From Candidatus Woesearchaeota archaeon (GTDB lineage: Archaea > Nanobdellota > Nanobdellia > Woesearchaeales > ARS49): 64,000 nt of DNA. The translations under genes and the position numbers were made by a program. The DNA lies in contig JASMHM010000001.1 of assembly GCA_030750765.1 (NCBI GenBank), forward strand, positions 334,696 through 398,695, in the 5' to 3' direction. A model generated the notes under the pieces. The model did not search any database and was not told the DNA's origin. It saw only the letters and a program-made list of their open reading frames with translations. This document shows, in pieces, positions 56,294 through 64,000 of the stretch (its first letter is position 1; each line of letters starts with the position of its first letter).

Positions 56294-56373
56294 CGTACTC
56301 CCCGTTCACTACCGGAGCGTACTCTCTATTTTTATACTTTTCGGTGTTGTAAAAAATAGAAAAAAAATAGAAA

Positions 56374-56610
56374 TTACTTTTTCTTGCCACCGCGCACCAT
56401 TTTAGCACGGCTAATGTCGCCTTTCTTGTCGACAAAATAGAGGTAGCCAGAATCTTTCTTGATTCCTACCTTAGCAACTTTTTGTGTCTTACCTGCGCTC
56501 TTCTTACGGCCACGGGCCATCTTTGCTCGGCTGACGTCTCCGTTCTTATCTACGAAGTACAGGTAGCCACTTTCTTTCTCAACTCCAACTTTTTCAACTT
56601 TTTCTGCCAT
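56374..56610 (-). CDS. small basic protein with two tandem ~37-aa repeats (KVG-x-K-x-SGYLYFVDK-x-GD-x-SRAKM-x-RG-x-KK)
   Basis: Internal duplication clear at the protein level. ATG (MAEKVEK) preceded by GGGGGAT 7 nt upstream. The track's upstream M is rejected. Confidence 0.55.
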   Translation of the reverse strand: MAEKVEKVGVEKESGYLYFVDKNGDVSRAKMARGRKKSAGKTQKVAKVGIKKDSGYLYFVDKKGDISRAKMVRGGKKK

Positions 56611-56686
56611 TGTTAATCCCCCCAAAACGAGTTTTTCTCGTCGGTGTGTTTGAATGATAACACAAGTTCTTTATAAGTCTTACGTT

Positions 56687-56887
56687 TTATTTTCTTTTAG
56701 ATTTCTTCTTTTTGGATTGTTTTTTTAAGGCCGGCTCTCGCACCCACCAATCTTTTGTAAGTAGGTTTGAGACTTTGGAAAATTTGGTTAACGATTTTTT
56801 GTAGTATTCCTTTGGCTTCTTGACCGGCTCCTCTTCCTTCTCCAACCTTTTGGCTTCCTTGAGCGCTTTCTTCACACGTTTGTTCAT
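56687..56887 (-). CDS. possible small Lys-rich protein (66 aa)
   Basis: The C-terminal half of the 133-aa track ORF is strongly basic (…KKQSKKKKSKRK). The N-terminal half overlaps the herA-like start on the opposite strand and is rejected. Confidence 0.3.
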   Translation of the reverse strand: MNKRVKKALKEAKRLEKEEEPVKKPKEYYKKSLTKFSKVSNLLTKDWWVREPALKKQSKKKKSKRK

Positions 56888-56938
56888 GACCCGTCGAAAA
56901 CAGAGCAGGTTTATAAGAATTGCTCCATTGACGGCCGT

Positions 56939-58351
56939 ATGAAGGGTCTTGTTATCGGAGGAGAGTTCAACAACATTCTTGTTCGAGAGAAGGCCGATGC
57001 AAAGATAGAGCTTGGAGAAATCCTTGTAGTGGATAATCAATTCTTGCAAGTGGTTGATTTGGAGTACGGCTCTCAGCTTTCTCAGCAAGGGTTAGAGCTG
57101 GCAAGCGGTCTTACCCTGGAAGGTCAGGATGTTATCTTGATGGACTCCAACATTAGACACTATGTTCTTGCGCGGATGAAAAATTTGGTGAGCATGGTGG
57201 ACAACAAACCCGTAGCAAGCAAGCAACTTCCCACCTTCTTTTCTGAAGTGAGGACACTCGCCAAAGAAGATGTTTCCTTTCTCACCTTACCCCAGAATCC
57301 TTTGGTGCTGGGAAAGTTACGCTCAGGTTCTACAGTGTTGGACGTTCCTGTTGGTTTGGATGGAGGGCTAGCCCTCTCCCATCATATTCTTGTTTGCGGC
57401 TCCACAGGTAAAGGAAAAAGCAATCTCATGCGAAACTTGTTATGGGAAGCGCAGGACAAAGACTATTGTGGCATGCTTATTTTAGATCCGCACGATGAAT
57501 ACTACGGTCGAACGCATCACGGGTTGAAAGATCATACCTCGAAGCCTGCTTACTATTCTAAGAACGCCCCTCCTGGTGCCTTCACGCTCACCATCAGCAC
57601 CAAGACCTTACAACCTCACCATTTTGATGGCGTGGTGCACTGGAGCGACGCACAGCGACAAGCATTGCAATCCTTCAAGTACGAATACGGAGACGCGTGG
57701 GTTACTGCCGCTTTGCAAGGAAAGGAATTGAAAGCGAAATTTGTGGAGATGACGGTAGGGGTCGTCCAGCGAAGATTGCAGCAGTTGTTAAGCATCGACA
57801 GCCATCTTAACGCAAGGGGCTGTTTTGATTTGCAAGCAGGCAGCACCACGATCAATGACATGGTGCGAGGGATACAAGAAGGAAAGACCGTCATCGTGGA
57901 TACGAGCGAGGTCTCAGGCCCTACTGAGTTGTTGATTGGTAGTATCGTTGCTAGCGCCCTTCTACATGCCAACAAGGCAAAAGGGTTTGATGAGTTGAAA
58001 GAAGCTCCCACAGCTAGCATCGTGCTGGAAGAGGCACCCAGAGTCCTAGGAAAGGACGCACCGCCTAATGTGTTCTCTACCATAGCACGCGAAGGAAGAA
58101 AGTTTAAGGTGGGGTTAATTGCGATAACACAAGTACCGAGCTTGATCCCTCGAGAGATCTTGGCAAACATGAACACGAAAATCATTCTCGGCATGGAGAG
58201 CAAGATTGAGCGTCAGGCAGTGATTGATTCTGCACCTCAAGATTTGAGTACAGACGAGAGAACGATAGCTTCGTTTGACAAGGGAGAGGCTTTAGTGACG
58301 AGTTCGTTCATCCCCTTCCCGTTTCCCATCAAGATTCCAGAATTTACTTGA
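56939..58351 (+). CDS. HerA-like ATPase (HAS-barrel + FtsK/HerA RecA-like P-loop domain; DUF87-type)
   Basis: N-terminal HAS-barrel-like MKGLVIGGEF...GEILVVD. Walker A GSTGKGKSN, DPHDEYY box, Walker B TVIVDTSE. Confidence 0.7.
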   Translation: MKGLVIGGEFNNILVREKADAKIELGEILVVDNQFLQVVDLEYGSQLSQQGLELASGLTLEGQDVILMDSNIRHYVLARMKNLVSMVDNKPVASKQLPTFFSEVRTLAKEDVSFLTLPQNPLVLGKLRSGSTVLDVPVGLDGGLALSHHILVCGSTGKGKSNLMRNLLWEAQDKDYCGMLILDPHDEYYGRTHHGLKDHTSKPAYYSKNAPPGAFTLTISTKTLQPHHFDGVVHWSDAQRQALQSFKYEYGDAWVTAALQGKELKAKFVEMTVGVVQRRLQQLLSIDSHLNARGCFDLQAGSTTINDMVRGIQEGKTVIVDTSEVSGPTELLIGSIVASALLHANKAKGFDELKEAPTASIVLEEAPRVLGKDAPPNVFSTIAREGRKFKVGLIAITQVPSLIPREILANMNTKIILGMESKIERQAVIDSAPQDLSTDERTIASFDKGEALVTSSFIPFPFPIKIPEFT

Positions 58352-60116
58352 TGTAACCGCCCTTCTGAAGATTCCACAACTTCTTGTACAATCCTTTCTG
58401 TTTGATGAGCTGGTTGTGCCTGCCCATCTGGACTATTTTTCCCTTATCCAACACAACAATCTTGTCTGCTTGCATGATGGTAGACAATCTGTGTGCTATG
58501 ATGATCGCGGTTCTTCCTTTCATCAACCTTTGGAGATCCTTTTGGATGTCGCTTTCTGTTTGCGAGTCTAGGGCAGATGTGGCCTCGTCTAGCACCAATA
58601 TCTTCTTGTCTGCCAGGATGGCTCGAGCTATCGAAACGCGCTGCTTTTCGCCTCCAGAAAGACGCACACCCCTCTCTCCAACGATGGTGCGTTCCTTTTG
58701 TGGCAGGGTAGCCACTACTTTGTCTAGTTGCGAAAATTTGAGAGCGCGGGCTACATTTGCAGGGCTGGATCTAGGGCTAGAGAAACGAACGTTGTTGTAT
58801 AAGGTATCATCAAACAGCACGCATTCTTGAGGAACCACGCTAAGTTCCTCTCGAAGACTTTGTTGCTTGAATTCTAAGGTGCTCTTACCATCTATCAACA
58901 CGGCACCGTGGTTCACGTCGTACAACCGGTAGAGTAGCTTGATGAGTGTAGACTTTCCTGAGCCAGAAGGTCCTACAAGCGCGACCTTTTCTCCAGGTTT
59001 GATGGTGAAGTTGAAGTTCTTGAGCAAAGGCTTGCCGTGATAGGCAAACGTCACATCTCTGAACTCAACTCCGCCTTCTCGGATGCGTATGTTCTTTGCT
59101 CCGGAGATGTCCTTCACCTCATTTTCTACCTTGAAATAGCTAAAGATGCTTTGGAAGTCTGCCATAACGTCATAGAAGTTTCTAATTCCGTGAACAAACC
59201 CGAACATATCGTGGACAATGCCGCCAAAGATGGTGTAGATGAACACGACAGTGCCTATCGTGATCTCACCATTGACAAAACTGCGTAGGGAAAAGTAGAG
59301 AAGTGCTATCGTTCCCACCCCTAAGATGAAGAAGTGGCCTGCATCAGAGATACGATGGTAATCCCAGAATAACAGCATTTTTCTGCATGTCACATGGATT
59401 ATTTTTTTGAAGCGCCGCATGACGTTTTGTTCTTTACCAAAATACTTGATGGAATCAATATTGGTGAATAGGTCACTAATCTGTCCTTTTTCGTAATCCT
59501 CTGAAGCGATGGCTGCGATGTTGGCTCTTTGCTGATACCTCTGCAACACCAAGCTATGCGCGACAAAAATCACGAAAACCAACAAAACAATGATTGCGGG
59601 TTCGAGGCTAAAGTACATCAAAGAACTCACGCTCACCGCGATCTGGATGATCATGGGTGCAACGTTGAACCCTAAGAGGTCTGTCATTTTCTCCATCGCC
59701 CTTCCGCCTCGGGTTATTTTGGAGATCAACGTCCCTGTCCTGTGGGAGGTGTGGAAATGGTGGGACAATCCTATGACGTGATTGAAGAGAGATTCCTTAA
59801 GGTCAAAAGTGAGTCTTATGGCAAGTCGGTTGATGCAGGAAACAAAGAACCATTTTCCTATGACCCGCACTACCACCACTGCAGCGAATACTGCTAAGGC
59901 GATGAGCAGCGAGGACATCAGAGCGCTTTTGGTTATTGTCTCTGCCACCCACTCGTTACCGCGGTCAACGATAAGTTTGAAGGCTAGTTTCTCAAATAGA
60001 GCTGCAATCTCGGTGAAAAAAACAGCGAGAAACATTCCAAAGGCAACCCATTTGTGCTTACGCAGGTAGCCCCAGTAAATCTTCAGATTCCTACCAAACT
60101 CGATTTTTTGACTCAT
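58344..60116 (-). CDS. ABC transporter, fused permease/ATP-binding exporter (MsbA/multidrug type)
   Basis: Six N-terminal TM helices. Walker A GPSGSGKST, signature LSGGEKQR, Walker B ILVLDEATSALD. Confidence 0.8.
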   Translation of the reverse strand: MSQKIEFGRNLKIYWGYLRKHKWVAFGMFLAVFFTEIAALFEKLAFKLIVDRGNEWVAETITKSALMSSLLIALAVFAAVVVVRVIGKWFFVSCINRLAIRLTFDLKESLFNHVIGLSHHFHTSHRTGTLISKITRGGRAMEKMTDLLGFNVAPMIIQIAVSVSSLMYFSLEPAIIVLLVFVIFVAHSLVLQRYQQRANIAAIASEDYEKGQISDLFTNIDSIKYFGKEQNVMRRFKKIIHVTCRKMLLFWDYHRISDAGHFFILGVGTIALLYFSLRSFVNGEITIGTVVFIYTIFGGIVHDMFGFVHGIRNFYDVMADFQSIFSYFKVENEVKDISGAKNIRIREGGVEFRDVTFAYHGKPLLKNFNFTIKPGEKVALVGPSGSGKSTLIKLLYRLYDVNHGAVLIDGKSTLEFKQQSLREELSVVPQECVLFDDTLYNNVRFSSPRSSPANVARALKFSQLDKVVATLPQKERTIVGERGVRLSGGEKQRVSIARAILADKKILVLDEATSALDSQTESDIQKDLQRLMKGRTAIIIAHRLSTIMQADKIVVLDKGKIVQMGRHNQLIKQKGLYKKLWNLQKGGYIK

Positions 60117-60326
60117 CGTCCATTACCCTCATATATCTCATTTTTTTGAGAGGAATAGATGCCAGGAACAAGACAAGCAGCACGAAATTTTAAGAAGTAC
60201 CCAGATGATGATATTCTTTCCGAAGACGATGAGTGATGCATTTTGCCACCTTATCGGGTAAGGAGATCCACCTCTTTATAAGCGTTTAGTCCGCAATTTT
60301 ATAAACCGTCCATCACCGGCGGTTAC

Positions 60327-61517
60327 ATGAAATTCGCCCATCTCGCGGACTGTCATCTTGGAGCTTGGCGAGACGAATCCTTGCGTGAGGCGAACGTTGC
60401 CTGCTTTGAAGGAGTGATAGCACAGTGCATCACAGACAAGGTAGATTTTGTTCTAATCAGTGGGGACTTGTTCAACAATCCTTTTCCTCCGTTAGAAATC
60501 ATGAAGCGCGCGGCTAGATGTTTTCGCTCGTTGCAACAAGCTTCCATTCGTGTGTATGTCATTCCAGGAAGCCATGACCTTACCGTAGGGGGAAAGACCA
60601 TGCTTGACGTGTTTGATGACGCAGGGTTAGTGGTGAACGTTGCAAAGGATGGCGAGCTTCGCGTTGCTAAAGATCCTACAGGAGTGAGCATTGCTGGCGT
60701 GATGGGCTTGCGTGGAGGTCTTGACAAGCATACATACGAAACGTTAGATCGCGCAGCCTTAGAAGCCATTCCTTCACCAAAAATCTTCATGTTCCATGCG
60801 TTGTTGGCAGAATTGAAAACCATCAACGTGGAGGGCATGCCCATGTCTTTGCTTCCTAAAGGTTTTGATTACTATGCAGGAGGCCACGTGCACGACAGCC
60901 AGATCAAAGACAACATTGTATACCCTGGTCCCTTGTTTCCCAATAGTATCTCCGAGTTAGAGCAAACCCAGCATGGTTCGTACATGTTGGTGGACGACTT
61001 TGTTGCTAAGAAAGTACAATTACCAAACAACGTGGTAAAGTTGCGTGTTGGGTGTGATGGCTTTCTTCCTGAAGAAGTCAATCAAAAAATGTTGGACTTG
61101 GTTGGTGGCAGCATGCAAGATGCCATCGTGTGTTTACGGTTGGAGGGCGTGATGGATAACCCTTCCAAAGTAAAGTTTCAAGCGTTTGTGGACGCGTGCA
61201 AAGAAGCAGGTGCTCGCGCTGTGCTAAAGAACACGAGTAAGTTGGAGAGCAAGAATCTGGCTGAGTTCAAGATGCCTGACAATGCAGACATTGAAGGGAG
61301 TCTGCTCAAAGAAAAAGCGTCAGACCCTGCTCTTGCACGGAAATGGCTGGATGCGCTTTCTGTTGAGATGATTGAAGGGGAGACCAAAACTGCGTACGAA
61401 GCGAGGGTGTTGGCAGAGTCAAAAAAGTTAGCGAGTGACGGTGTAGATCATTCCAAGGATGCCCGCCCCGATAATCATGGGGAGCAGGGAGATGAAAACC
61501 CATCCGCACACAACTAA
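60327..61517 (+). CDS. Mre11/SbcD-family calcineurin-like metallophosphoesterase nuclease
   Basis: Motifs HLADCHLG (I), ISGDLFN (II), GSHD (III), FMFHALL (IV), GGHVHD (V). TATA ttttataaac 25 nt upstream. Confidence 0.7.
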   Translation: MKFAHLADCHLGAWRDESLREANVACFEGVIAQCITDKVDFVLISGDLFNNPFPPLEIMKRAARCFRSLQQASIRVYVIPGSHDLTVGGKTMLDVFDDAGLVVNVAKDGELRVAKDPTGVSIAGVMGLRGGLDKHTYETLDRAALEAIPSPKIFMFHALLAELKTINVEGMPMSLLPKGFDYYAGGHVHDSQIKDNIVYPGPLFPNSISELEQTQHGSYMLVDDFVAKKVQLPNNVVKLRVGCDGFLPEEVNQKMLDLVGGSMQDAIVCLRLEGVMDNPSKVKFQAFVDACKEAGARAVLKNTSKLESKNLAEFKMPDNADIEGSLLKEKASDPALARKWLDALSVEMIEGETKTAYEARVLAESKKLASDGVDHSKDARPDNHGEQGDENPSAHN

Positions 61518-61546
61518 GAGAACGACCATCGCTATCTTGAACAGAC

Positions 61547-62917
61547 TCATTTGATTTTTTCCTCTAAAAGTTTTCTGACAACGTCGGGCAACGCTTTGCC
61601 TTTTGTTTTTCGCATGATCTGTCCCATGAGGAATTCGAAAGCCTTGGCCTCGCCTTGTTTGAAGTCTTGCAAGGCTTGCGGGTTCTCGGATAATGTTTCA
61701 TCCACCGCCGTCCCGATCTCGCCAGTATCCGATACTGCGGTGAGTCCTTCCTTTTGGACGCGTTCTGCCACATCAAAGGGTTCTTCGGCGAGCTCCCGGA
61801 TAAGTTTTTGTCCCACCCTATCCGTTATTTGTTTGTTTTCTATGAGCTTGAATAAGGGTATGACATGATGTGCACGTAGTGGTGTGTCTTTTAGCTTCTT
61901 TCCTTGGGTGTTGAGGCTTCTCAATAATTCTCTGCGAACCCAGCGAGCGGCTAGCACAGGGCTGACTTGTTTGCTGCTTTCTTCATACAATGCGGCAACG
62001 TCTGGTTCGGCCGCTATGATGCGGGCGTCGATGGCGTCTAGCTTGTGTTCTTTGACAAAGCGTGCTGTCTTCTCTTCTGGCAGCTCTGGTAAGGTTTTTT
62101 GTATGCTTTCTACAAAAGCAGGTTCTATGGGCCGCACGACAAGGTCTGGATCTGTGATATAGCCGTAGTCTTCTTCGCTTTCCTTGAGACGTAGCGATCG
62201 TGTTCTTCCTAGTTCTGCGTTCCAGGCGCGTGTCTCTTTTACTACAGTGTCTGTTTGCTGTCGCTTGACCTCGTACTCGACACAGCGTTCGATCTCTTTG
62301 AAACCGGTCACATTTTTTACTTCTACTCGTTCAAATCCTGAACTTTTGACTGAGACATTCACATCTGCTTTGATGATGCCATCAGAAGCAAAGATGTCTA
62401 AGTACGCGAGTATGCTTTGTAATTTTTTCATGAACTCTCTTGCTTGCTCAGGACTGATCATGTCCGGTTCGGTGACCACTTCAATCAGGGGAATGCCCGA
62501 CCTATTGTAGTCCACAAGACTTAGTCCTTCCTCGTGTACCATGCCTGCAGGGTCTTCCTCCACATGCAATCGTTTTATCCTTACCTTTGTCCCATCAGAC
62601 AACACCACGGTGCCGTTCTCTGCTAGCGGTGTTTCGTATTGTGTTATTTGGTAGTTCTTGCCCATGTCTGGGTAGAAGTATGTTTTTCTGGAGAAAACTA
62701 GTTGGCTTGCGATGGTGGACTGTAGGGCCAGAGCCATTTTGGTGGCGTACTCTATAGCACGTTTGTTCAACGTGGGCCTGCTTCCTGGATGCCCTAGACA
62801 TACCGGACACGTCCGCGTGTTGGGCTGGGCGTTCTCTATCTTGCATCCGCAAAACAACTTTGTGTTGGTGTTTAGCTGGATGTGGACTTCCATGCCGATA
62901 ATCATATCACTCTGCAT
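61547..62917 (-). CDS. gatB: aspartyl/glutamyl-tRNA amidotransferase subunit B
   Basis: N-terminus IIGMEVHIQLNT...KLFCGC and overall GatB/GatE-like sequence. 456 aa. Confidence 0.8.
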   Translation of the reverse strand: MQSDMIIGMEVHIQLNTNTKLFCGCKIENAQPNTRTCPVCLGHPGSRPTLNKRAIEYATKMALALQSTIASQLVFSRKTYFYPDMGKNYQITQYETPLAENGTVVLSDGTKVRIKRLHVEEDPAGMVHEEGLSLVDYNRSGIPLIEVVTEPDMISPEQAREFMKKLQSILAYLDIFASDGIIKADVNVSVKSSGFERVEVKNVTGFKEIERCVEYEVKRQQTDTVVKETRAWNAELGRTRSLRLKESEEDYGYITDPDLVVRPIEPAFVESIQKTLPELPEEKTARFVKEHKLDAIDARIIAAEPDVAALYEESSKQVSPVLAARWVRRELLRSLNTQGKKLKDTPLRAHHVIPLFKLIENKQITDRVGQKLIRELAEEPFDVAERVQKEGLTAVSDTGEIGTAVDETLSENPQALQDFKQGEAKAFEFLMGQIMRKTKGKALPDVVRKLLEEKIK

Positions 62918-64000
62918 GGGTTCTGAATAGTTCCTCCTCTTTGAAATGGTCAGCTATGAACATGATGCCTGCTTTGCCTGCGGGTACAGAAACGTGTGGT
63001 AGTCCTGCTAAGTTAGGCCCTACAGTGAGCACGTCGCACATTAAATGTTGTAGTGGTGTGAGGTTGTGGGCTTCTGTTTGCTTGGGTGGAAGGATGGGCA
63101 TTGTGGGCGAGCTCAGCACGTCGCAAGCTTTGAATGCCTGTTTGTATTCTTGGATTATTTTTGTTCGCACCTTGAGCGCTTTGTTGTAGAAGGCGTCTCG
63201 GTAGCCTGCCATTCTGGCAAAGGTTCCGATGAGGACTCTTCTTTTTGCTTCCTCTCCCATGTGGTGGGTTCGTATTTTGGTGAAGTACTCATCAAAGGAG
63301 GTGTTCATGCTGCCACTTTGGCCGTAGCGCATCCCGCAATATTTTGCTAGGTTGGTGCTTGCCTCGCTGAGGGCGATGGTGAAGTAGGTTGCGATTCCTT
63401 CTTTGAGGGAAGGTAAAGACACTTCCCTTACGGTGGCCCCTTGCTTTTCTAGCTCGGTGAGCTTTTCGTGGACTGAGTTTTTTATGGATTCGTCCACGCC
63501 TTCTGCAAAGGCTTCTTTGATCTTAGCAATGCGCAATCCCTTTATGTTGCCAAGGCTTGCTGCGTAGTCTGGAACCGGTTCTTGGCTGCTGGTCTCGTCT
63601 TTTTTGTCATGACCTGCTATCACTTGGAGTATGGTAGCTGCTTCAGGGAGTGTTTTGGTGAGCGGTCCGATCTTGTCCAGGCTCGTTCCATAATCTAATA
63701 GTCCATACCTGGAGACTCTGCTGTACGTGGGACACAATCCTACCACACCACAGAAAGCTGCTGGCGCTTCTATACTTCCTCCAGTGCTCTCTCCGAGGCT
63801 GGCGTGTGCTCCTGGAATTTTTTTGGTAAAGCCCCCGCCTCCGGAGCTGCTTCCTCCGCAGCATAATTCTGGATCGTCAGGATGTTTGGGGGCTTGAAAG
63901 CCCTTGCCTTGGGTGATGCCTAGGGCACCAAAACCAAACTCGTCTTGGACAGTCTTTCCTATGAAAATGGCACCTGCATCGATCATTCTTTGGACTGCTG
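62907..64000 (-). CDS. gatA: aspartyl/glutamyl-tRNA amidotransferase subunit A (amidase), C-terminal ~360 aa; N-terminus beyond window
   Basis: Amidase signature GGSSSGG...GTD-region. Overlaps gatB by 11 nt. ORF open to the window edge. Confidence 0.75.
   Translation of the reverse strand, partial: AVQRMIDAGAIFIGKTVQDEFGFGALGITQGKGFQAPKHPDDPELCCGGSSSGGGGFTKKIPGAHASLGESTGGSIEAPAAFCGVVGLCPTYSRVSRYGLLDYGTSLDKIGPLTKTLPEAATILQVIAGHDKKDETSSQEPVPDYAASLGNIKGLRIAKIKEAFAEGVDESIKNSVHEKLTELEKQGATVREVSLPSLKEGIATYFTIALSEASTNLAKYCGMRYGQSGSMNTSFDEYFTKIRTHHMGEEAKRRVLIGTFARMAGYRDAFYNKALKVRTKIIQEYKQAFKACDVLSSPTMPILPPKQTEAHNLTPLQHLMCDVLTVGPNLAGLPHVSVPAGKAGIMFIADHFKEEELFRTHAE

Noticed and set aside
56687-57088. 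133-aa minus-strand ORF
   Set aside because: Its N-terminal 50 codons overlap the well-supported HerA-like N-terminus on the opposite strand. Only the Lys-rich C-terminal 66 codons are kept, at low confidence.
1-64000. CRISPR arrays or other direct-repeat arrays
   Set aside because: No periodic direct repeats were seen. The only repetitive stretches are protein-level lysine codons and an internal protein duplication.

Overview
This 64 kb window reads as a dense, archaeal-type segment. The first ~34 kb is a surface-glycan biosynthesis island; the remainder is housekeeping and unusual genes. Evidence for archaeal origin: genes are tightly packed and often overlap by 4 nt; TATA-like boxes (tttataa/ctttataag) sit ~20-28 nt upstream of many start codons, implying leaderless transcripts; a solitary 5S rRNA with a TATA box and poly-T stop; and a DRG/TGS GTPase, an AbrB-PhoU regulator, separate SecD/SecF and a tandem Lrp regulator.

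Glycan island contents:
- An NDP-heptose-like pathway: SIS isomerase, two GHMP kinases, a fused nucleotidyltransferase + GmhB-type phosphatase, and a transaldolase that could supply sedoheptulose-7-P.
- A nonulosonic-acid (sialic/Kdn-like) branch: NeuB-like synthase fused to a sugar-phosphate isomerase/epimerase TIM barrel, a CMP-sugar cytidylyltransferase, a histidine phosphatase and an APH-type kinase.
- Tailoring enzymes: epimerases, Gfo/Idh/MocA and SDR oxidoreductases, two nucleotide-sugar dehydrogenases (one lacking the canonical Cys, one fused to CBS domains), four SAM methyltransferases, and GT2/GT4/GT-C glycosyltransferases.
- Insertions into the island: a solo IS200/IS605-type tnpB, a small nucleotidyltransferase two-gene module, and a solitary 5S rRNA gene.

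The remaining region encodes protein-L-isoaspartate methyltransferase, VKOR, a truncated NFACT protein, a paired SMR-like transporter, SecD/SecF, a tandem Lrp regulator, an ABC substrate-binding protein, a site-2 protease, two DHH phosphoesterase paralogs (one degenerate), a DRG GTPase, a GAF-GGDEF diguanylate cyclase (unusual for an archaeon), a HerA-like ATPase and a stand-alone Mre11-like nuclease without Rad50/NurA, an ABC exporter, and GatB/GatA. There are also several orphan proteins (550, 451 and 377 aa), ultra-lysine-rich micro-proteins, a tandem-repeat small protein, and GC-rich hairpin-dense intergenic regions. No CRISPR array or tRNA was found. All assignments are by-eye motif recognition, and hand-derived coordinates may be off by +/-1.
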